Source: TPA_inf: Saccharomyces (lineage: Eukaryota). From it: a DNA stretch of 64,000 nt. The translations under genes were made by a program, and so were the position numbers. Within the stretch, counting starts at the first letter, position 1, and each line of letters begins with the position of its first letter. Of this stretch, positions 55,737 through 64,000 are shown in pieces. The stretch covers positions 640,001 to 704,000 of the forward strand of contig BK006949.2 of assembly GCA_000146045.2 (NCBI GenBank), in the 5' to 3' direction. The notes beneath the pieces are model-generated. The model did no database searches, was not told the DNA's origin, and was given only the letters and a program-made list of their open reading frames with translations.

Positions 55737-56819
55737 TTATCGTTCATCGTGTATTTCGAACTTGTCCTCAAACGGGCTCTCAGTGCGACTGCCCTGGGTG
55801 CTCTCGCGTATCGATTCTGGAATTTCCAAGTCCAGTATAAAACTTCCTTCTTCATCGTCATCTTCGTCGTTATTACCATGGCTTGCCTCGCTTTTTGCCA
55901 TGTGTGAAAGATCATCCGCCTCTGTCTGTTCTTCAATGACATCCAAGTCCTGAATCTCCTTATCACTCTCTTCCTCTGCGATTTGAACCAGTTTAGGTTT
56001 AGCACGAATAGCAGTTATGAGGTTATCGTCTGCGTCCTTATTGAGTACCTGGTTATGCTCGTCATCTTCGTCATCCAGACCATCCAAGATGGAAGAACCT
56101 AAGGTTATATGTGACCTGATATCACCAGCTGCATTTTGTCTCTTAGAGCTCGAGCGTAGTTTTGATTGCAGTTTGTCGGTACTCAAACCGCTTGTCACAC
56201 CAGGAATGTAGGCAATAGGCAAAATATTAGAAGCCCTTGTACGAGTGGTAGATGCTGAACTTCTGTTTCCCGGCACGTTGAGAGTTGGAGGTACCAGTGA
56301 CGTATTGAACAGGGTGTGACTTTCATCTTTTCTCATACCGCCATCATCCTCATCGTCTTCATCATCATCGTCTTCATCGTCGAAGTATTCCTCTTCATTC
56401 CCGTAACTTTGCGATGCCTCTTCCAATTTCAAAGCTTTATTTTTTTGCCTTTTGGGCTTCCAATATCTCTTGTTGATGAAATACAACGCCACCAAGGCAA
56501 TAAGCATCGCACCACCTACAATACCCACGGTGAACCCCACAATCAACGAGGTTTTCTCATTTGAATTACTGGAACTAGAACTAGAGGAGGAGGAAGATAA
56601 ACTACTCAGTTGTGAATCGGACTGTTTCGCACAGTATGTGGATGGGCACTTGTCACATGTTAATGAAGTCATAACACAATATTCTCCTGAAGCGCAAACA
56701 GGGCATGATGCAGTTGAATCGCAAACAACACATCCGTCGCTGCCTCTAGTTGCAGAAGTTGAAGAGGTGGCTGTGCTTGACAAGGATGAACTTGCAGAAG
56801 CCTTGGAGGAGCTCGACAT
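55737..56819 (-). CDS. OPY2: Single-pass membrane anchor of the Sho1 branch of the HOG pathway (binds Ste50)
   Basis: 360-aa ORF with an N-terminal Ser-rich, Cys-containing extracellular region, one transmembrane segment ([24 protein letters not shown]) and an acidic cytoplasmic tail ([16 protein letters not shown]). Confidence 0.88.
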
Positions 56820-57146
56820 TTTTTGTTTGATTTTCAGAAAACGAACGTAACCAGTTTGATAAATGTGGTGCCTCTCTTATTCGGCCTGGGAAGCAGTGCA
56901 ACAATAGCGCACATTATAATCATTTGATTTTAAATTCACCCCAGGACAATGGGGCATTATTTTCTGTTGAGAGGGTAACGCGTTGTTTATTGAGAACTTA
57001 ACGCGTTTCGATTTCAAGAATGCACTATAGTGCGGAAATGTAAACAGAATTTATTGATACTTGGCATTATTTGAATTTTATTTATATCTTGCCCGAACAT
57101 GTCTTGACACAAGCAAGGAACGTTTGCTCATTAACCTTTTACACGG

Positions 57147-58265
57147 TTATGCTTGTACCAAAGGCTGATCACCTGGTTCGGGCACAAAACAGAGTTTAGT
57201 TTCCAACTGTGTTTCCTTTCCCGGATCAGATGATGGTAAGGGAACGGTAACGGCGTCTTCATCTTTACAAGGTTGGCCCTTCTTAAGATTTTGATGCTTT
57301 GTAGTCCATTTTTTGAATCTTCCTTGCAAAAGATAAATTTCCCTTCCCAAATTATTTCTAAGTGTGTCCCACACTCGTGGCACGTTTTCTTGATTTTTGT
57401 CGCCAAAATTAGCACTCTTATGGAAAATACGGAACATACCACCGCTGTTATTTTTAGAACTACTCTTTTCAGAGCCGAGCATATCAAGAGAAGTCCTGAC
57501 ATATCGGTATTTCAAAAGAGTCTTTTTATTCTCTTGCAAAGGAGGCCCGCTAATAATGCTTTCCGTATCATCAGTTACTAGCTCCTTTTTGATATTTTTC
57601 CCAAATGTGGGACTTATGGAGGTCTTCTCAGGTTCAGAAGCGGAGTGAATTTGGCAGGTTTCATCAATTTTAACTAATGTATCGTCATTTTCAAAATCGT
57701 CAGGTGTTAAGGGTGATATAATATTCAATCCATTCATAAAATCATCAATATCACTAAAATATGGTGTCTTGCCCCGTTCCATCAAGTCCTCTCCATATCC
57801 ATATACTTTATCATCGTTTACCTCTTCCAGATTATTATCAGATGGTAGGGCTAATTTACTCTTATTTTTTCTAAACCACTTATTCAACCTCTGTCTCCAA
57901 TCACGATCATAGCGGCCATGCAATTGAGAAAGACTCTTCAGCTGCGTATTTGAACTGCTTTCACTGTCAGAAAAATTCTTATTGGTTTTAAACCAGCCAG
58001 AACAAGATCGGAAAAAAGTATCACTTTCAGTAACTTCTTTAATCACTTTTTCCAGCCTGGCAATTTCTTGGTCAGTTTTATCGTGAATATGATCAACTCT
58101 GACACCTAATTGTGCAGTCTCATTGATTAACCTTCGTAAATCTTCGCTTTCAGTCAAATGCGTTGTTATTTCAGCTTCTTCGTCAAACTGGAAGGTTCGT
58201 TCATCATCAGACCTAAGCTCTGAGGGGCTTAATACTGTTGGTAAGACTCCAGAAATCGTTTGCAT
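57147..58265 (-). CDS. Protein of unknown function (372 aa)
   Basis: Long minus-strand ORF MQTISGVLPTVLSPSELRSDDERTFQFDEEAEITTHL... Position and length correspond to YPR078C, with no recognisable domain. Confidence 0.75.
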   Translation of the reverse strand: MQTISGVLPTVLSPSELRSDDERTFQFDEEAEITTHLTESEDLRRLINETAQLGVRVDHIHDKTDQEIARLEKVIKEVTESDTFFRSCSGWFKTNKNFSDSESSSNTQLKSLSQLHGRYDRDWRQRLNKWFRKNKSKLALPSDNNLEEVNDDKVYGYGEDLMERGKTPYFSDIDDFMNGLNIISPLTPDDFENDDTLVKIDETCQIHSASEPEKTSISPTFGKNIKKELVTDDTESIISGPPLQENKKTLLKYRYVRTSLDMLGSEKSSSKNNSGGMFRIFHKSANFGDKNQENVPRVWDTLRNNLGREIYLLQGRFKKWTTKHQNLKKGQPCKDEDAVTVPLPSSDPGKETQLETKLCFVPEPGDQPLVQA

Positions 58266-58526
58266 GATTGATATTTTATCTTTTTATATGATTTTGTTTT
58301 TTAGTTATACTTACGCTTGCTACCCTTACTTATGAAGTCAGTCTCTTTTGTTAGCTTTTATTACAACACTTATGAGAAATTTATAAAAAAATCCCAGGAA
58401 TGCTTTCACAAATTATCCATTCTACATAAAATCTTTTTTTATAGTATTACTTTTTTGTGACATCAAAATGAAGCACTAAATAATTATAGAAAATATTCAG
58501 CAAAAAAAAAGAAAAACCTTCTTCTG

Positions 58527-58543
58527 AAAAAAAAAAAAAAAAA
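58527..58543. repeat. Poly(dA)17 tract in the YPR078C-MRL1 divergent intergenic region
   Basis: Homopolymer seen directly. Confidence 0.9.
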
Positions 58544-58868
58544 TTCAAAAAAAGACACCTTTCTACCTTGGCAGTAAATTTCAAATTAATTATTTACCAA
58601 ACTGTAGTTCCCGCTCACTAATCCTTTCTTATACTTATTCACATTACTGTCACTTTGCGGCTGTATTTGGCCGCGTTTCCCTTTCGGGTGCAGGTACAAG
58701 AGGTATCCGAAACAAGAAGGGTTAAGTTTTGAAGAAAATGCCAAGTATTTCAATTTCAATAATAAGAACGCAAAACTACAGGAGACTCTTACTAAGCATA
58801 CTACTTCTCAAAAAAGGGCTTTATTTTATAGAACATAAAACATACTGTAGGATCGCACACTGGAAAAT

Positions 58869-60014
58869 ATGTTGAAACGATCATCTCTAATATATCTATC
58901 ATGTGTCCTAATCATTACCATACCAATACTTTTGCATGTATACAATGGTCCAGGACTGTCCCATGAAGCCAATGAACATAGGGCTTCTCACAAGCAAAAA
59001 AGAACGTTAGCAAATCCGGATAAACCCAAAAGCGAAAACGATGAAGATCTATTTTGTGCGGTAACCAACCCAGTCACCGGATCATACATAGATCTATCAC
59101 AGCTATCTTCAACTCCCAACAAATTAAGGGAGGGCCAAAAACAGATTTCTGGCAATAACAAGCATGAATCCTCCAAGACGAAGTGGTCAGTGAGAGGTTG
59201 GGGCTACGATACAAACTTCACGTTAGGCATCTGCTCTAGTCCTGTCGGAGAAGCTGAGTCGCAACAACTGTCCAATCTAACGGGCGCTTTTTACGTAGAC
59301 CAGTTGAACGAAAATAATTTAGTATCGATTGGAGACTTCAGTACAAGGCCTGCGTTAGTCGGCGGCTCTACTGCCAAGAAATTAACTCTCAAATACGAAA
59401 ACGGCTCTATGTGCCCGAACGGGAAGGACAAGAAGGCAACTTTATTGAATTTTGTCTGCGATAAAGAAATTCAATCAAAGGCCCAGATATCATACATTGG
59501 AAACCTACACAATTGCTCGTATTTCTTCGAAGTCCGCAGCATTCATGCGTGCCCCACCTCAAACAAAAAGAATGAAGTTAACGTTTTGGGTATCTTCATC
59601 GGTATCTTCGCTATATTCTTTTTAGTCGAATTTGCGGGGAGAAGATGGATCTATGCTAAACTAAATAGGCATTTGAAAAACGACGACGAGTTACACGACA
59701 TATCGCCATCTTTAAATGAGCAACCACACTGGGACCTCATAGAGGACGGGTCTCGCTGGAGTAAATTTTTCAACGGGATAATTAAGACGACAAGAAGGTT
59801 CACGAAATCTTTAATGAGGTCTTTAGTCAGAGGCAGGAACAGCCGTCAAGGGGGCATAAGACTACGGTCATCCCCATCTGCCTCTTCGTCCAGCCTTGCC
59901 AACAGGGAGTTCTTCAGAGACATGGAGGCTCAAAACGAAATTATTGACAGCCTAGACATCAATAGTCATACAACAGAAAGCGACCACCCAACTTTGGCTG
60001 ATAATAGCGTATAA
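58869..60014 (+). CDS. MRL1: Mannose-6-phosphate-receptor-like membrane protein
   Basis: 381-aa ORF with a signal/anchor (LIYLSCVLIITIPILL), a Cys-containing MRH-like lumenal domain, a transmembrane segment (VLGIFIGIFAIFFLVEFA) and a cytosolic tail. Confidence 0.88.
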   Translation: MLKRSSLIYLSCVLIITIPILLHVYNGPGLSHEANEHRASHKQKRTLANPDKPKSENDEDLFCAVTNPVTGSYIDLSQLSSTPNKLREGQKQISGNNKHESSKTKWSVRGWGYDTNFTLGICSSPVGEAESQQLSNLTGAFYVDQLNENNLVSIGDFSTRPALVGGSTAKKLTLKYENGSMCPNGKDKKATLLNFVCDKEIQSKAQISYIGNLHNCSYFFEVRSIHACPTSNKKNEVNVLGIFIGIFAIFFLVEFAGRRWIYAKLNRHLKNDDELHDISPSLNEQPHWDLIEDGSRWSKFFNGIIKTTRRFTKSLMRSLVRGRNSRQGGIRLRSSPSASSSSLANREFFRDMEAQNEIIDSLDINSHTTESDHPTLADNSV

Positions 60015-60141
60015 ACAATGCATACTTTGTACGTTCAAAATACAATGCAGTAGATATATTTATGCATATTACATATAATACATATCACATAGGAAGCAAC
60101 AGGCGCGTTGGACTTTTAATTTTCGAGGACCGCGAATCCTT

Positions 60142-60185
60142 ACATCACACCCAATCCCCCACAAGTGATCCCCCACACACCATAG
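60142..60185. promoter_or_regulatory. Rap1-type upstream activating sequences (UASrpg) of the TEF1 promoter
   Basis: ACATCACACCCAATCCCCCACAAGTGATCCCCCACACACCATAG contains two ACACCC-type motifs ~430 bp upstream of the TEF1 ATG. This is the classic strong TEF1 promoter arrangement. Confidence 0.45.
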
Positions 60186-60593
60186 CTTCAAAATGTTTCT
60201 ACTCCTTTTTTACTCTTCCAGATTTTCTCGGACTCCGCGCATCGCCGTACCACTTCAAAACACCCAAGCACAGCATACTAAATTTCCCCTCTTTCTTCCT
60301 CTAGGGTGTCGTTAATTACCCGTACTAAAGGTTTGGAAAAGAAAAAAGAGACCGCCTCGTTTCTTTTTCTTCGTCGAAAAAGGCAATAAAAATTTTTATC
60401 ACGTTTCTTTTTCTTGAAAATTTTTTTTTTTGATTTTTTTCTCTTTCGATGACCTCCCATTGATATTTAAGTTAATAAACGGTCTTCAATTTCTCAAGTT
60501 TCAGTTTCATTTTTCTTGTTCTATTACAACTTTTTTTACTTCTTGCTCATTAGAAAGAAAGCATAGCAATCTAATCTAAGTTTTAATTACAAA

Positions 60594-61970
60594 ATGGGTA
60601 AAGAGAAGTCTCACATTAACGTTGTCGTTATCGGTCATGTCGATTCTGGTAAGTCTACCACTACCGGTCATTTGATTTACAAGTGTGGTGGTATTGACAA
60701 GAGAACCATCGAAAAGTTCGAAAAGGAAGCCGCTGAATTAGGTAAGGGTTCTTTCAAGTACGCTTGGGTTTTGGACAAGTTAAAGGCTGAAAGAGAAAGA
60801 GGTATCACTATCGATATTGCTTTGTGGAAGTTCGAAACTCCAAAGTACCAAGTTACCGTTATTGATGCTCCAGGTCACAGAGATTTCATCAAGAACATGA
60901 TTACTGGTACTTCTCAAGCTGACTGTGCTATCTTGATTATTGCTGGTGGTGTCGGTGAATTCGAAGCCGGTATCTCTAAGGATGGTCAAACCAGAGAACA
61001 CGCTTTGTTGGCTTTCACCTTGGGTGTTAGACAATTGATTGTTGCTGTCAACAAGATGGACTCCGTCAAATGGGACGAATCCAGATTCCAAGAAATTGTC
61101 AAGGAAACCTCCAACTTTATCAAGAAGGTTGGTTACAACCCAAAGACTGTTCCATTCGTCCCAATCTCTGGTTGGAACGGTGACAACATGATTGAAGCTA
61201 CCACCAACGCTCCATGGTACAAGGGTTGGGAAAAGGAAACCAAGGCCGGTGTCGTCAAGGGTAAGACTTTGTTGGAAGCCATTGACGCCATTGAACAACC
61301 ATCTAGACCAACTGACAAGCCATTGAGATTGCCATTGCAAGATGTTTACAAGATTGGTGGTATTGGTACTGTGCCAGTCGGTAGAGTTGAAACCGGTGTC
61401 ATCAAGCCAGGTATGGTTGTTACTTTTGCCCCAGCTGGTGTTACCACTGAAGTCAAGTCCGTTGAAATGCATCACGAACAATTGGAACAAGGTGTTCCAG
61501 GTGACAACGTTGGTTTCAACGTCAAGAACGTTTCCGTTAAGGAAATCAGAAGAGGTAACGTCTGTGGTGACGCTAAGAACGATCCACCAAAGGGTTGCGC
61601 TTCTTTCAACGCTACCGTCATTGTTTTGAACCATCCAGGTCAAATCTCTGCTGGTTACTCTCCAGTTTTGGATTGTCACACTGCTCACATTGCTTGTAGA
61701 TTCGACGAATTGTTGGAAAAGAACGACAGAAGATCTGGTAAGAAGTTGGAAGACCATCCAAAGTTCTTGAAGTCCGGTGACGCTGCTTTGGTCAAGTTCG
61801 TTCCATCTAAGCCAATGTGTGTTGAAGCTTTCAGTGAATACCCACCATTAGGTAGATTCGCTGTCAGAGACATGAGACAAACTGTCGCTGTCGGTGTTAT
61901 CAAGTCTGTTGACAAGACTGAAAAGGCCGCTAAGGTTACCAAGGCTGCTCAAAAGGCTGCTAAGAAATAA
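60594..61970 (+). CDS. TEF1: Translation elongation factor 1-alpha
   Basis: 458-aa [83 protein letters not shown]... with extreme codon bias. Its position next to GRS2 and TKL1 identifies it as TEF1 rather than TEF2. Confidence 0.98.
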
Positions 61971-62113
61971 GGAGATTGATAAGACTTTTCTAGTTGCATA
62001 TCTTTTATATTTAAATCTTATCTATTAGTTAATTTTTTGTAATTTATCCTTATATATAGTCTGGTTATTCTAAAATATCATTTCAGTATCTAAAAATTCC
62101 CCTCTTTTTTCAG

Positions 62114-63970
62114 TTATATCTTAACAGGCGACAGTCCAAATGTTGATTTATCCCAGTCCGATTCATCAGGGTTGTGAAGCATTTTGTCAATGGTCGAAAT
62201 CACATCAGTAATAGTGCCTCTTACTTGCCTCATAGAATTTCTTTCTCTTAACGTCACCGTTTGGTCTTTTATAGTTTCGAAATCTATGGTGATACCAAAT
62301 GGTGTTCCCAATTCATCGTTACGGGCGTATTTTTTACCAATTGAAGTATTGGAATCGTCAATTTTAAAGTATATCTCTCTTTTACGTAAAGCCTGCGAGA
62401 TCCTCTTAAGTATAGCGGGGAAGCCATCGTTATTCGATATTGTCGTAACAAATACTTTGATCGGCGCTATCTGTAATGGAAAAGAGAAGAAGCCTCTTGA
62501 CTCACTATCCACTCGAACTTGGAAACAATGGTCGAAGATGCAGTATATGATACGACCTAAACCGAACGAGGGCTCAATGACATTAGGAATGTACTCTCGT
62601 ATATGTTGCAAAGTTGTCTTCATTTTGATAGTAACCAAACTGCTATCTAGTTTTACGATCTGGCCATTTACTTGACAGGTAAATTCACCGTTCTTTTCCA
62701 GTTCTTCATGCCTCCTAATCAATTCATCCTGGGAAAATTTTGACAAAACAGATTCGATTAATTTTGCTTTCTGTTTGAACTTCGATCCGAAAAATTTCTT
62801 ATTCACTTCCACAACCCACTCGGTTCTTTCTTTTGGTGTATCTAGCTTTTGCTTTACCGTCAGACTTCTTCCCGTTTTCTTGGAGTGTACAGTTAAATCA
62901 AAAGCCGCCCTGTCAGCACAACCGACACATTCAATCCAACCATACGATGTTAAAATTTCACCGTCCCAACAATCTGTGGCATAGTGTGCCATTTCATTCT
63001 TCAAATGCTGGCGAAATCTGAATTTGTCCTTGTTGATCCCAATATTCAACAAAAATTGATGAACTCTTGCCATAAAATATCCCAATGTTTCATTTTCTAC
63101 CATTCCAGAATTCACTGCCTCTCCTATAGTCATTTTCACAGGCAGTTGGACTTCACCACTTTCCTGTAATCTGCGTGATAGTAGTGGAATCTCCTCATTT
63201 AACACTTCATTGAATTTTGCATGTGACTTATTCAACGGATCAACAAAGTGCTCAATTTCTGCCATTAAAAACTCTCTTACCCTTAAAAGCCCACTTCTGG
63301 GGGAAATTTCGTTTCTGAATGACTTACCAATGGAAGCTGAAGCAAACGGAATTTTCCCTTGGTTGATTTCCAATAATTTGTTGAAATTGAGAAATTGTCC
63401 TTGTGCAGTCTCTGGCCTTAGAAAGGCCTTCAATTGTCCTGAGGCTCCAATTTTAGTTTCGAACATCAAATTAAAGGAAGTTAGTGCGTCTAAAACATCG
63501 TTAGTGACTGGATCATTAATGTTATATTCCTGCATGACGAGATTCAACTCAGGACCCGAAAACCCGTCAATCGTGGTCAATATTTTCTCCATATTTTTCA
63601 TATCCTGTGGATTGACATCCTTGTCCAACAGCCGTTTTTTCAACGTCTGTTCAATCAAATGGTCTGCTCTGTAGTATTCCCCAGTCTTAGGATTTCGGCA
63701 CATCCAATCAGTAAATTTGTCTACATGCCCAGAAGTCTTCAACACATCGTAAGGAGTTAGCATTGGCCCATCAACCTGAAGCATGTTTTCTTCCATAATA
63801 AAATGTTCTCGCCACAGTCGAATCAAGTTATTTTGCAACTGACAACCCGGAGGCCCTAAATCAAATAAACCTGACACACCACCATATATCTCAAACGAGG
63901 GTGTGTAGAAAAACCTTCTCCTCAATGTACTTTCCAATTTATCTCTTTCCGAATTGGACATTAACGGCAT
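62114..63970 (-). CDS. GRS2: Glycyl-tRNA synthetase paralog (class II aaRS)
   Basis: 618-aa ORF MPLMSNSERDKLESTLRRRFFYTPSFEIYGGVSGLFDLGPPGCQLQNN... with GlyRS class II motifs. Length (618) and absence of the long N-terminal extension distinguish it from GRS1. Confidence 0.9.
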   Translation of the reverse strand: MPLMSNSERDKLESTLRRRFFYTPSFEIYGGVSGLFDLGPPGCQLQNNLIRLWREHFIMEENMLQVDGPMLTPYDVLKTSGHVDKFTDWMCRNPKTGEYYRADHLIEQTLKKRLLDKDVNPQDMKNMEKILTTIDGFSGPELNLVMQEYNINDPVTNDVLDALTSFNLMFETKIGASGQLKAFLRPETAQGQFLNFNKLLEINQGKIPFASASIGKSFRNEISPRSGLLRVREFLMAEIEHFVDPLNKSHAKFNEVLNEEIPLLSRRLQESGEVQLPVKMTIGEAVNSGMVENETLGYFMARVHQFLLNIGINKDKFRFRQHLKNEMAHYATDCWDGEILTSYGWIECVGCADRAAFDLTVHSKKTGRSLTVKQKLDTPKERTEWVVEVNKKFFGSKFKQKAKLIESVLSKFSQDELIRRHEELEKNGEFTCQVNGQIVKLDSSLVTIKMKTTLQHIREYIPNVIEPSFGLGRIIYCIFDHCFQVRVDSESRGFFSFPLQIAPIKVFVTTISNNDGFPAILKRISQALRKREIYFKIDDSNTSIGKKYARNDELGTPFGITIDFETIKDQTVTLRERNSMRQVRGTITDVISTIDKMLHNPDESDWDKSTFGLSPVKI

Positions 63971-64000
63971 GTTGATGTGATATGTCTTTCAACAGTCCAA

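Noticed and set aside
60780-61757. 325-aa minus-strand ORF antisense to TEF1, and similar long antisense ORFs inside GLN1 (2234-2543), TKL1 (52965-53201) and GRS2 (62184-62675)
   Set aside because: Highly expressed yeast genes use a narrow codon set that happens to lack stop codons in one antisense frame. The translations are low-complexity (V/T/S/N/L-rich) with no recognisable domain. These are classic codon-bias artefacts.
1-64000. Prokaryote-style elements such as CRISPR arrays, defence islands, operons, integrons or toxin-antitoxin pairs
   Set aside because: There are no direct-repeat/spacer arrays and no Shine-Dalgarno-linked co-directional gene clusters. Spliceosomal introns with TACTAAC branch points are present, and every gene is recognisable as a yeast gene. 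The sequence is eukaryotic nuclear DNA, so these categories do not apply.

Overview
This window reads as Saccharomyces cerevisiae nuclear DNA, not a prokaryotic accessory region. It is a contiguous stretch of the right arm of chromosome XVI from the 3' part of ARP7 (YPR034W) to GRS2 (YPR081C). Almost every long ORF translates to a yeast protein I recognise. In order: ARP7, GLN1, VMA13, SPO24/YPR036W-A, ERV2, TIP41, TIF5, PUF2, RPL43A, THP3, MCM16, MSF1, TAH18, ATG11, MAK3, NHP6A, SMK1, SEC8, TFB4, BRR1, YMC1, ARO7, JID1, FCY1, YPR063C, ROX1, UBA3, ISA2, HOS1, SPE3, MED1, YPR071W, tS(UGA), NOT5, LTP1, TKL1, OPY2, YPR078C, MRL1, TEF1, GRS2. RPL43A and YPR063C contain introns. Gene density is typical for yeast, at roughly one gene per 1.6 kb with short AT-rich intergenic regions. 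Non-coding features I can support are two tandem degenerate Ty1/Ty2 delta LTR remnants just upstream of a tRNA-Ser(UGA) gene, a GC-rich island carrying PDRE motifs upstream of SPO24, a tandem GATAA upstream activating sequence before GLN1, a middle-sporulation element before SMK1, the TEF1 Rap1-type promoter, and several low-complexity coding repeats ((AAT)n poly-Asn in PUF2, CAG/CAA poly-Gln in ROX1). Gene names and start codons come from my memory of the yeast proteome (protein lengths and N-termini), not from any search. Several ORF-track entries begin at TTG or GTG codons, so for those genes I placed the start at the first in-frame ATG that gives the remembered protein length. I find no evidence for a novel or undescribed system here. 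The findings below are the places worth a second look, mostly regulatory elements, introns and mobile-element scars.
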